Positions 10,719-19,792 of a DNA stretch of 64,000 bases are shown piece by piece; position 1 is the first letter of the stretch; each line of letters begins with the position of its first letter. Location of the stretch: contig JAZQVN010000013.1 of NCBI GenBank assembly GCA_045631885.1, positions 21,242 to 85,241 of the forward strand, in the 5' to 3' direction. The translations under genes and the position numbers were made by a program. Origin of the DNA: Bacilli bacterium (lineage in GTDB: Bacteria > Bacillota_I > Bacilli_A > RFN20 > CAG-826). Below the pieces are notes generated by a model, which was not told the DNA's origin, made no database searches, and saw only the letters and a list, made by a program, of their open reading frames with translations.

Positions 10719-11330
10719 TTAAACGTAATATTTTATCACTGTTAAAGCCATCTGTTTATTGACCGCGGCTTCGTTTTCAGGAACCCTATTTTTATCAACA
10801 GGTAATCCTAGTCTAACAAGGTATCTAGCAAAGTCTTTTGTGTAGAACCAAAGTCTTAATGAATCTTTCTCAAAAAAGTGCTTATTTTCATCAAATTCTC
10901 CGCAAATTGGACCTAAATAATATAATTTTCCATTTTGAAGCTTCCAATTTTCTGGTCCATAATTGATGGCTAATTTGCCCTTTTTCACAAACCAGTTTGC
11001 TTTAAAAACTAGTTCGTAATATTGCTCGGATAAATCGCCTTTTGTGAGGTCTTCAAGAACAGTTGTTCCTTCAATATATTCACTAGCGACAACACGGATG
11101 TTTTTGTCATAAGCATAAATCTTTGGATGAGGGATTCCAGTGCCGTTGAGTTTCCATTCTGTCTCAACATAGATGTCGAATCCTTTTTTATCGTTTTCAA
11201 AGTCTTTGAGAAAATAAGTTTTACCGTTTCTTGTCACGCGGTAAGACCTTTCCCCAAGCTTTTCTTCGACTTCAAAGATTTTTCTTTTGATTTCAAAAAC
11301 TTCCATAACTCTAAACATTATAACGAACAA
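10719..11330 (-). CDS. Hypothetical protein with a degenerate protein-kinase-like fold (possible pseudokinase of Kdo/RIO-like type)
   Basis: It has a glycine-loop-like KLGERSYRV, a lysine-motif-like TYFLKDF and a hinge ASEYIEG. The HxD catalytic motif is replaced by INYGPENWKL. It is the first gene of the prs-tgt-queA-queH operon. Confidence 0.35.
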   Translation of the reverse strand: MFVIMFRVMEVFEIKRKIFEVEEKLGERSYRVTRNGKTYFLKDFENDKKGFDIYVETEWKLNGTGIPHPKIYAYDKNIRVVASEYIEGTTVLEDLTKGDLSEQYYELVFKANWFVKKGKLAINYGPENWKLQNGKLYYLGPICGEFDENKHFFEKDSLRLWFYTKDFARYLVRLGLPVDKNRVPENEAAVNKQMALTVIKYYV

Positions 11331-11382
11331 TTTCTTGTAAAGAAATATTTAAAAATATGAAATTAGCATTTACAATATAAGC

Positions 11383-12165
11383 ATGTTTCTAAATTACAAT
11401 TATCACACCCATACATATAGATGTGGCCACGCAAATGGACAAGATGTTGATTACATCACTAACGCAATCGCTAACGGCTATAAAGTTTTAGGCTTTTCTG
11501 ACCACATTATGTTAAAAGGTTATTCTCAACCAGGTATCCGTGGAGAATATGCTCAATTAAAGGGTTATATTTCTTCTTTAAGGCAATTAAAAGAAGATTA
11601 CGAAGATCAAATTGAGATCCATATCGGTTTAGAAGCTGAATATCTTCCATCTATGGTGGATTATTATAAAGAGCTATTGGATTCAGGTAAGATTGAATAT
11701 TTAATCTTAGGACAACATTGTTTCATTAATGAATACAATGAGTTCCAATGGTATTTAGGACAAGATAACAAAATTGCAAGAATTGAACGTTATGTTCACG
11801 ATTTAATCGAAGGTATGGCCTCTGGTTTATTTACTTATGTCGCTCATCCAGACTTATTTATTAGATTATTCAAAGAATATGATCCTATAATCGAAAAGTT
11901 TGCCCGTCAAATCTGTGAAGCAGCGATTAAATATGATATTCCATTAGAAATGAATCTCGGTGGTATCCGCGCTTGGTATTTAAAAGAAGAGAACTTCCAC
12001 TATCCAAATGTTTTCTTTTGGGAAGTTGCTGGAGAATTAGGTGTTAAAACCGTTATTGGTGTGGACGCTCACGATCCAGGAGACTTCGCGATTTCAAACT
12101 ATAAATACGTTTTCAAAATGATTGATAAATATCATATCAATTTTATTGAGGATTTTCGTATATGA
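11383..12165 (+). CDS. PHP-family phosphoesterase (histidinol-phosphatase HisJ/HisK-like)
   Basis: The N-terminal YHTHTYRCGHANG is the PHP metal-binding motif. Length is 260 aa. Confidence 0.7.
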   Translation: MFLNYNYHTHTYRCGHANGQDVDYITNAIANGYKVLGFSDHIMLKGYSQPGIRGEYAQLKGYISSLRQLKEDYEDQIEIHIGLEAEYLPSMVDYYKELLDSGKIEYLILGQHCFINEYNEFQWYLGQDNKIARIERYVHDLIEGMASGLFTYVAHPDLFIRLFKEYDPIIEKFARQICEAAIKYDIPLEMNLGGIRAWYLKEENFHYPNVFFWEVAGELGVKTVIGVDAHDPGDFAISNYKYVFKMIDKYHINFIEDFRI

Positions 12166-12728
12166 AAGTAAAACGTAGACAAGATAAATACATCACCTTT
12201 GCAACATTTATGATTGGTGCGACAGGCTTAGTCCTTTTAAGCGCCTTTTTACCATCAGATTTCTATTTGGTGGCGTTGGTGTGTTTACTAGTCGCGATGA
12301 TGACTCTTATTTCCGCTTACTTAGACAAAGACATTAGAGATAGCACAAGACTTTCGTTCTTCATTTTGGGTTTACTTTATTTCATTCTTTCAATGGTTGG
12401 ATTCTTAATCAATGAAATCAATCTACCAGTACCTGTCTATTGTGTGCTCCTCGGTTCATTTGACATTGTGAAAGGCTTAGGAGAAATCATTGAGGTTGTC
12501 AATAAATTTAAAGCGAAAAACTATATGGCGGTTGCCTTCTTAATCGACGCTTTAATAGACGTTGTTTTAGGTATCTTAATGTGCATCGAAAGAGAAGAAA
12601 CCTTACGTCTACACGTTAACCTCATTGCCGCGGATTGCTACTACGAAGGTGTCATTAGATTAACCGACGAAATCATCGCTCAAAAACGAGGATATATTAA
12701 TGGTCAAAGACTAGATTCTAATTTATAA
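12162..12728 (+). CDS. Hypothetical polytopic membrane protein
   Basis: It has four or five hydrophobic segments. Its start overlaps the upstream stop (ATGA). Confidence 0.5.
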   Translation: MKVKRRQDKYITFATFMIGATGLVLLSAFLPSDFYLVALVCLLVAMMTLISAYLDKDIRDSTRLSFFILGLLYFILSMVGFLINEINLPVPVYCVLLGSFDIVKGLGEIIEVVNKFKAKNYMAVAFLIDALIDVVLGILMCIEREETLRLHVNLIAADCYYEGVIRLTDEIIAQKRGYINGQRLDSNL

Positions 12729-12918
12729 AAGTGTAAAGTATAATGAATAATATTCTTGCAAAAGCCGAGTGAAAAAGCGGTTTTTTCATTTAATCATTGA
12801 ATTAATCACTCCCACTTAATGGTTTCTTCATTATTCAAAACTAGTCATAACAACAAAAGAAAGCAACCTGTTAAGTTGCCAATAAACTAATTAACCTTTA
12901 TATGTTATCAAAACTAAA

Positions 12919-13350
12919 CTAGTGATCTTTATCAACGAGCATCAAAATTCCCGCAACTAAACTAACAAAAATTAAGGTGCAAACTTTAAAGCCGGTCGAT
13001 ATAATTTCTCCGCTTCGTATTTTTCTTCTATATTTAATTGTCATTGGTAAACACCAAATTAAAGGAATTAAATATATACCTGCTAATAAGACAGTTGAGA
13101 TTATTAAAAATACCGATGCTGTTTTAGATAAAGCAGTATCACCATTAACTGGTTGTTTTGAAACTGGCGTATATTCAACGCGGTTGACTGGTGGATTATA
13201 AGAAACCTCTTCATATGTTGATGATTTAACGCCTAAATCACCATAACTGCCTTTAGGTGAATTATCTATAACATCAGCGGGATAACCGCATTGGGAACAA
13301 TATAATGCATTGTTATTTAGTTTCGCCCCACAATGAGAACATTTTTTCAT
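12919..13350 (-). CDS. Zinc-ribbon domain membrane protein
   Basis: MKKCSHCGAKLNNNALYCSQCG is a C4 zinc ribbon. It has two C-terminal TM helices. Confidence 0.5.
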   Translation of the reverse strand: MKKCSHCGAKLNNNALYCSQCGYPADVIDNSPKGSYGDLGVKSSTYEEVSYNPPVNRVEYTPVSKQPVNGDTALSKTASVFLIISTVLLAGIYLIPLIWCLPMTIKYRRKIRSGEIISTGFKVCTLIFVSLVAGILMLVDKDH

Positions 13351-13376
13351 AATAAACTTTGTTAGAATAATAGCAT

Positions 13377-13405
13377 AAAAAAAGACCGATGTATCGGTCT
13401 TTTTT
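13377..13405. terminator. Bidirectional rho-independent terminator
   Basis: aaaaaa-AGACCGAT-gt-ATCGGTCT-ttttt is a perfect 8-bp stem flanked by A and T runs. Confidence 0.7.
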
Positions 13406-13416
13406 GTTGTTTCAAC

Positions 13417-13644
13417 TTATGCCCAGTATGTGAGGTCTTCTTTTGTGATGACTGTGATGATGTCAAGGACCCAGAAGACTAATGTGATTGGTGGGATGAG
13501 TTGAAGAATGCCAGAGACAATGTGGCCTCTCATGATACGTGTAATCGCACCTAAGAGCCAGCTTGTGAATGGGATAATCGCTAAGATGATGTCAACGATG
13601 TGTCCTAATCCAGCATTTAAATAACCTTTTCCTGCTTTTGCCAT
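13417..13644 (-). CDS. Small two-TM membrane protein
   Basis: It is 75 aa, hydrophobic, and followed by a terminator. Confidence 0.5.
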   Translation of the reverse strand: MAKAGKGYLNAGLGHIVDIILAIIPFTSWLLGAITRIMRGHIVSGILQLIPPITLVFWVLDIITVITKEDLTYWA

Positions 13645-13810
13645 GAAATAAAGTCCTCCATATTATTATTTCTATTAGCAACCTTAATATAACATTTTAT
13701 ATATAAACAGTCAAAGATTTTATGGAAAAAAGCCCTGCAAAACCCCAATAAAAAGGCGATATCGCTCATTTTCGAGAGATACCGCCAATAAATATAGAAT
13801 TGCTAGATTA

Positions 13811-16800
13811 CTAGTCTTCTTTTCTCCTACGAGCAACAATTAAGCCTAATGCGGCAAAACTCATAACGGAGATTAAGAGTGATGAAGCAAGGATGGAACC
13901 ACCACAGCCGCCACCTTTTGATGGCTCTGGTTCTGGTTCTGGATCAAACGGATCTCTTGTGCCATTTGGATCAACGACGACATCTGGTGTGTCTTCTAAT
14001 ATGATTGTGCCTTCATCTTTATCGATAAGGACATAATCGATCTTAATGTCGCAAGATTTTCCACCAAAGGAGACCTTAACAGTGTATCTGCCTTCTTTAT
14101 CTTTGTTGATGTTAGAGGCGTCAACTGTGAATCCAGAAGTGATTTCTTGTGAGAATCCACCTTCATAGTTACCAAAGACAGTAATTGAGTCTTCTGAGAA
14201 TGATTGTCCAACTTCTAATTGTCTAGTGCAGCTATAAGCGCTGAGGGACAATAACCCATAGGTCGCATCATTATCTGGAGAAGCGCTGAGACGGAATCTA
14301 GTAACGGTTGTTGAGTTAATTGTGAAGGAGATAAAGTCTCCATTGATACTCACTTTAACTCTATTGGATTTAGTAGAAGTTAAGCCATAGACCATCAATT
14401 TGGATGAATCCCAGCCTTCTGGTAATTTCATAGAAATACCAACACTACCTTTAACAACCGCTCCAGAAGAGCCTTTTTTGAATGATAAGTCGAATGTCTT
14501 ATCAAATTCAGCGTTATCGGTTTCTGTATAGGTGAATGTATGTGTTAAGGATAAGCTAGAGTTAGAGACTGTCATTAAATATGGATCATCTAATTTAGCA
14601 ATGGATAAGGTTGTTGCGCCAGCGAAGTCTCTGCTCTTAATAAAGGCATAACCTTTTGCGTAATCAGAGACTTTGAAGTCGTAATAGAAGCCTTGTTCAT
14701 CTTCTAAAACATCGACATTCTTACCAGCGACTGCGAAACCAGCCATTTGTTCTTCGCTAAATCTAACACGATAATATTCTTCACCATCTTTTTCATATTT
14801 TTCAGAACTTGAAATGTATGGAGCATCACTATCAATGTGTAAGACATAGCTCTTTTCTAACTTACCACCACTAGCGAGGTCATATGAGAATGTCATATCA
14901 TATTCGCCATCTGGGAAGTTAGCAAGTTTATTACCATCAGCATCCATTGAATATAATGGAATGATTGTATAAGCTCTACTAGCAACATATCCGGCTGACC
15001 AATAATCAACATTAACATGTGATTTTAATAATGGCCATTGATAGGCGTGTTCGTTTTCATCTTCGGTTGCGCCATAGAATTCATCAAACATATGGTCGAT
15101 TAAGACGACTTTGCCTGTTGCTTTATTTGTAATAGTAATAACGTTATCAGAAATACTTCTCATGACAAATTGTTGAATGATCATAGTATTGGTGAATCCA
15201 TTGTTACCAACATAAATATCTTTTGGACTTGGTTTTCCAGTTCTTGGATTGATACCAACAGAAGAATAACCCGCCATCTTATCAATACTAGTTGTATTAT
15301 TGATAATCTTTTCCATGGAAACATCTTTCATGGTTTCAGCATAACCAGCGACCCACATAGAGGCGTAGTTAGCGTCATTAAGACCTTTCCATTTGTGAAT
15401 GACACTATTTAAAACATCAGAGCCATAAACTTTAGAAGGATCTCTTTCAAATGTAAATGGTTCAATAGCATCACTATCATTAATGTCACCATAATAACCT
15501 AAGAATGGGATATTAAGTGTTTCTTGTCCTTCAGCAGTCAAAACGACAAAACCTTCGATATAACAACCATTATCAAAGTTATTTTCAATTGTGGTTTTTT
15601 CACTTGCTGGAATGGAATAATTATTTAAATTAATGAGATTTGAGCCAGGATTTACCGTGATATTTTGTTCAACCTTCTCAATGAGGTGGTTATAAGTGGC
15701 TTGTAATTTTTTGTCTTTAAAATCTGGATATTGTTCAGCATCTAAAGTCACTAATTCTGGACGATAAATATATGATGTGGCTTTATAAGTAACAGCAGCA
15801 TCACCTTCATTAATCGCGGTGAATGATAGTTTAACATTACCCGCTTTGATGTCATCGTTATTGCCTAATTCGATTTTGGCTCTCTTTGTTAATGATGAAG
15901 TGGTTGTGCCGTCTAAGTAGACTTTACTATTTAAAGCACCACCAACATCGATTAAACCAGCGCCTTGTTTTCTGACTGAATCAAAGTTAGTACCAAAGGT
16001 ATCTTTCATTGGGTCAGCAGTTGACATCATTCTATCGTTTAAAGTATCACGATATTCTTTTGTATTGTTTTCACTGAGTAATAAAGCGGTGACACCAGCG
16101 GTATTTGGTGTAGCCATAGATGTACCGTTCAAATATTCATATGCATCTTTATCAGTGATAACCGCGCCTAAAATGGATTGTCCAGGAGCGGAGATTTCTG
16201 GTTTGATTCTTAAATCAAATGTTGGGCCATCACTAGAGAAAGATGTCATTGTTCTGGCGGTTGGGTTATTAGCCTCAACATTAGCTAATAATGTGGCTGT
16301 ATGGTCTGTAACGCTATCAATGTATTCTTTATCTCTAAACAAGAAGGAGACAACTGGAATATCTGGTGTCCAGCCACTTAAATCCATACGGAATGTGAAA
16401 TCAGTATTGGTTGGGTCGTTATCAATGATACCAATAGCGATAGCTTTTGCTTCTGTCGCAGCGGAGATTTTGCTAACGAATGTGGTTTCACCTCTATCAA
16501 CGATAGCGATTTTGCCTTCGACTTCTAAATCTTCGTAGTCTTTTGGTTCACCCCAACCACCGATTCTCACCCAATCGAATTTACCATCTGGGTGGTCTTT
16601 TAATAAATCGGTTAAATATCTTTCTGGTTCATAAACAACATCGCCATCAGCGGATTTGTAGTTGACGACTTGATCTCTGAAAGCAATTGTCTTGCTTCCG
16701 AGGATGAAAGCGGTCTCATAGTATTCTTTATCAGCTTGAGCAGCAGCGACGATTAAACCATCGGAATTGCTATATGTTGATAAAATACCTGTTTCCACCA

Positions 16801-17944
16801 TATCTGTTGACCAGAATTCATATGCGGAGTTAGCGAATGTATTTTTACCTTCGTTACCTGCGGCGATATCAAGGAATGTTCCTCTATTTTGTAATTGGGT
16901 AATTGCTTGACCGACTAATGAATCTTCATTGAAGTCAATTAAAGCTGAACCTAATGACATATTGATGACATCAACACCTAAGACTGCGCAGTCTTCTAAG
17001 GCTTTTAAAACGCATGTGTCATACGCGCCTGTAGAGGCTGTCGCACCAGCGATAGCGTCTTCTTCGGTTGGAATATAGTCAGTAAAGACTTTCATTAACG
17101 CTAATTGGGCTTTTGGAGCGATACCTTTATAGAATGGGTCATTGCCTGCAGCAATAGAAGCAACGTGGGTACCGTGTTCACTAACAGTGGTAAAGACATC
17201 ATGGTCTTCTTCACCTGCTTCGCCTCTTACACTAGTTTCTCCACCATAGTCATAATAGAATGGAACTTTACTGTTGAAATAAACAGGGTGTTCAGCATCA
17301 GGTTTACCATGGAAGTTCTTCGCTTTAGAAATCTTTTCATTAATTGATTCGTAATTATCATGTAATGCAACAGATTTATCTAATTTAGTAAAAGCATTGT
17401 GTGTGACATCGTTTTCTTTAACGGTGCCATCATCATTAAATGTTTTTCCTTTGAGTAAGAAACCTGTATCTAAAATAGCGATTAAAACTCCTTCACCTTC
17501 TTTGGTGCCGGTTGGGATGTTCATTGTTTGAGCGGAAACGTTCTCTTTGGCTTCTTTGACATTGAGTTCGTTATTAATTGAGATAATGCCATCCCCTTCA
17601 GTTTGAACCGCGTGTTGGGTGTTGTAGTTCACTGTCTTAACGTTCATTAAATCTCTAATCGCACTGACATGAGATGCGTTGACTTTGAGATTGAAAGCGT
17701 TAACAAGATTGGTGTATCTATCACCCACTTCGAAATCCGGAGTAATATAGTTTTTAATTTGGCTGATGACATTGTTTTGCTGACGAATAACAACATCTTC
17801 ACTTAGACTATTCACATCACCTTTTAAACCAACGATGATATCTGCGTCTAATACTTCTTTTTCTCTTGCGACACTATTGACCGCTGTGCCAGTACCGAGA
17901 ATTAAAGATGTAACAGCTACTCCGAGAAGAAATATCTTTTTCAT
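13811..17944 (-). CDS. Cell-envelope subtilisin-like serine protease (S8 family, PrtP/ScpA-like) with PA and Fn3-like inserts and a C-terminal membrane anchor
   Basis: It has a signal peptide and the catalytic triad motifs DTGF..., HGTHVASIAAGN and GTSMATPNTAG. A PA-domain-like insert (IAIVDRGETTFVSKI...) is present. The C-terminus is PEPEPEPSKGGGCGGS + TM + RRRKED. Confidence 0.9.
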   Translation of the reverse strand: MKKIFLLGVAVTSLILGTGTAVNSVAREKEVLDADIIVGLKGDVNSLSEDVVIRQQNNVISQIKNYITPDFEVGDRYTNLVNAFNLKVNASHVSAIRDLMNVKTVNYNTQHAVQTEGDGIISINNELNVKEAKENVSAQTMNIPTGTKEGEGVLIAILDTGFLLKGKTFNDDGTVKENDVTHNAFTKLDKSVALHDNYESINEKISKAKNFHGKPDAEHPVYFNSKVPFYYDYGGETSVRGEAGEEDHDVFTTVSEHGTHVASIAAGNDPFYKGIAPKAQLALMKVFTDYIPTEEDAIAGATASTGAYDTCVLKALEDCAVLGVDVINMSLGSALIDFNEDSLVGQAITQLQNRGTFLDIAAGNEGKNTFANSAYEFWSTDMVETGILSTYSNSDGLIVAAAQADKEYYETAFILGSKTIAFRDQVVNYKSADGDVVYEPERYLTDLLKDHPDGKFDWVRIGGWGEPKDYEDLEVEGKIAIVDRGETTFVSKISAATEAKAIAIGIIDNDPTNTDFTFRMDLSGWTPDIPVVSFLFRDKEYIDSVTDHTATLLANVEANNPTARTMTSFSSDGPTFDLRIKPEISAPGQSILGAVITDKDAYEYLNGTSMATPNTAGVTALLLSENNTKEYRDTLNDRMMSTADPMKDTFGTNFDSVRKQGAGLIDVGGALNSKVYLDGTTTSSLTKRAKIELGNNDDIKAGNVKLSFTAINEGDAAVTYKATSYIYRPELVTLDAEQYPDFKDKKLQATYNHLIEKVEQNITVNPGSNLINLNNYSIPASEKTTIENNFDNGCYIEGFVVLTAEGQETLNIPFLGYYGDINDSDAIEPFTFERDPSKVYGSDVLNSVIHKWKGLNDANYASMWVAGYAETMKDVSMEKIINNTTSIDKMAGYSSVGINPRTGKPSPKDIYVGNNGFTNTMIIQQFVMRSISDNVITITNKATGKVVLIDHMFDEFYGATEDENEHAYQWPLLKSHVNVDYWSAGYVASRAYTIIPLYSMDADGNKLANFPDGEYDMTFSYDLASGGKLEKSYVLHIDSDAPYISSSEKYEKDGEEYYRVRFSEEQMAGFAVAGKNVDVLEDEQGFYYDFKVSDYAKGYAFIKSRDFAGATTLSIAKLDDPYLMTVSNSSLSLTHTFTYTETDNAEFDKTFDLSFKKGSSGAVVKGSVGISMKLPEGWDSSKLMVYGLTSTKSNRVKVSINGDFISFTINSTTVTRFRLSASPDNDATYGLLSLSAYSCTRQLEVGQSFSEDSITVFGNYEGGFSQEITSGFTVDASNINKDKEGRYTVKVSFGGKSCDIKIDYVLIDKDEGTIILEDTPDVVVDPNGTRDPFDPEPEPEPSKGGGCGGSILASSLLISVMSFAALGLIVARRRKED

Positions 17945-18134
17945 ATTTTTCTTTCCTTTCTATAAATTTGAGTTTTAATGGATTTCTCATAACCTTCATA
18001 AATTAACTAAATAAAGTTAATTTTCTATATAGAGTGTATTTTACTCTTTTTCTTTTTAAGATAAAGAAAAAAATAATTTCCATCTCCTTAAAAAAACAAA
18101 AATATCGAAAAATATGCCGTTTTTGCAGTGTTTT

Positions 18135-18165
18135 ACCGCAAAAATAAAGGAGAACCGAGGTTCTC
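18135..18165 (-). terminator. Rho-independent terminator of the opp operon
   Basis: The minus strand reads GGAGAACC-UC-GGUUCUCC followed by UUUAUUUUU, immediately after the oppF stop. Confidence 0.6.
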
Positions 18166-18178
18166 CAATATTTGTTAA

Positions 18179-19789
18179 TTAGTTTTTGTTTTGAGCGTCT
18201 AATTCTTTAATCTTTTCTAAGTAAGATTGGAACTCCGCTTCATTACAATACACTTGGTGACCTGGGCAAACTTCTCTGAGAGCAGGTTTGTCAGTCTCAT
18301 AATTATGAACTTCCCAAGGTTTGTAAATAATTCTCGTTCTATTTCTTTCGCTTAATGGATTTGGCTTAGGAATCGCAGAAAGTAAGGAAACAGTATATGG
18401 ATGAAGTGGATGTTTGAATAATTCATCAGAGCTCGCTAATTCGACGACTTTACCGTAATACATAACCGCGATTCTATCGCAGAAGTATTTAACGACGGAT
18501 AAGTCGTGAGCGATGAAGATAAGTGTTAATCCCATCTCTTCTTTTAAATCATTAAGCAAGTTAATAATTTGAGCACGGATGGAAACGTCTAACGCGGAGA
18601 TTGGTTCGTCACAGATCAACAATTTTGGATTCATGACTAAGGCTCTAGCGATACCAACACGTTGTCTTTGACCACCTGAGAATTCGTGTGGATAACGAGA
18701 AGCGTGTTCTTCGACTAAGCCGACTTTCTCTAACATCTCAACGACTTTCTTGTGATTTTCTTTCTTGTTATGGAAACCTTGAATCCATAAACCTTCTTGA
18801 ATGATATCTTCGATGGTCATACGAGGATCCAAAGAGTCAACTGGATCTTGGAAAATCATTTGAATTTCATTCATCAATTTCTTAGGAGTGTGATTCTCAT
18901 CGTATTTGATTTGACGAATCTTTCTCTTTTGAGTTTGATAAATGGATTTGAAATAAGCTTTTTCGTTAGCGATCTTTTCACCATATTCGCCTTGAATTCT
19001 CGCTTTTTCTTCGTTGAAGGATGGAGATTCTTTATCTAATTTAGAAATCTCTTCATTCATCGCGTTTTTGAATTCTTTAATATGTTGATTCTTACGAATT
19101 CTGCTCCACTTGATTTCCTTTTGATTCCATCTACAACCGGCACCAACACGGTAACCACGGTAATAGATTGAACCAGAGGTTGGATGATAGAGCTTGATAA
19201 TCGTTCTTCCAGTCGTGGTTTTACCACAGCCAGATTCACCAACGATACCGAAGCATTCACCCTTTAAAACATCAAAGGAGACGTTACTAACCGCTTTTAA
19301 TTTTTGATGGAAAATCTTATTTCCAAAGAAGAAGAATTGTTTTAAGTTTCTCACGCTTAACAAGACATCAGTGTTATCGCCTAATAATTCAGGTCTTCTC
19401 TTAAGTCTTGGTTTTATCTTATAAGATAATTCATCGTGATATTTGTGTTTTAACTCTTCGTTTTGGCGATCGAATTCTTCTTTTAATTCCTTTTCTAAAA
19501 CATCATATTTTTCATTGATGGCTTTATATTGAGGATTACTAGCTAATTCACCGCTGCCAGGATTAATCGTTGATAATTCTGTCGCGCGGTTATTTTTTAA
19601 AGCTTCTAATTTTGCATCATAAGCTTTTTTCGCCGTTTTGAATTCCTTTTTATAGGAAGTGAAGCCTGTAGCTTTAAAGTCGCTTTCTTCTACAGCAGCG
19701 TGTAAGCTATCTTCGTGTTCGTCCGCTAATGGTTTGCCTTGACCTTCATTAATATCGTCAATCGCGTTTTTAATTTCATCAGTTTTCAT
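18179..19789 (-). CDS. oppF: Oligopeptide ABC transporter ATP-binding protein OppF with a large Mollicutes-type insertion
   Basis: Walker A GESGCGKTT, ABC signature LSGGQRQR and Walker B LLICDE are present. The C-terminal oligopeptide-transporter extension is present. The about 200-aa charged N-terminal region and inserts are typical of Mollicutes OppF. Confidence 0.85.
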   Translation of the reverse strand: MKTDEIKNAIDDINEGQGKPLADEHEDSLHAAVEESDFKATGFTSYKKEFKTAKKAYDAKLEALKNNRATELSTINPGSGELASNPQYKAINEKYDVLEKELKEEFDRQNEELKHKYHDELSYKIKPRLKRRPELLGDNTDVLLSVRNLKQFFFFGNKIFHQKLKAVSNVSFDVLKGECFGIVGESGCGKTTTGRTIIKLYHPTSGSIYYRGYRVGAGCRWNQKEIKWSRIRKNQHIKEFKNAMNEEISKLDKESPSFNEEKARIQGEYGEKIANEKAYFKSIYQTQKRKIRQIKYDENHTPKKLMNEIQMIFQDPVDSLDPRMTIEDIIQEGLWIQGFHNKKENHKKVVEMLEKVGLVEEHASRYPHEFSGGQRQRVGIARALVMNPKLLICDEPISALDVSIRAQIINLLNDLKEEMGLTLIFIAHDLSVVKYFCDRIAVMYYGKVVELASSDELFKHPLHPYTVSLLSAIPKPNPLSERNRTRIIYKPWEVHNYETDKPALREVCPGHQVYCNEAEFQSYLEKIKELDAQNKN

Positions 19790-19792
19790 AGA

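Noticed and set aside
12729-12790. Possible terminator AAAGCCG...CGGTTTTTT after the 188-aa membrane protein gene
   Set aside because: The stem is only 3-4 bp with mismatches. The U-run is present but the hairpin is too weak to call.
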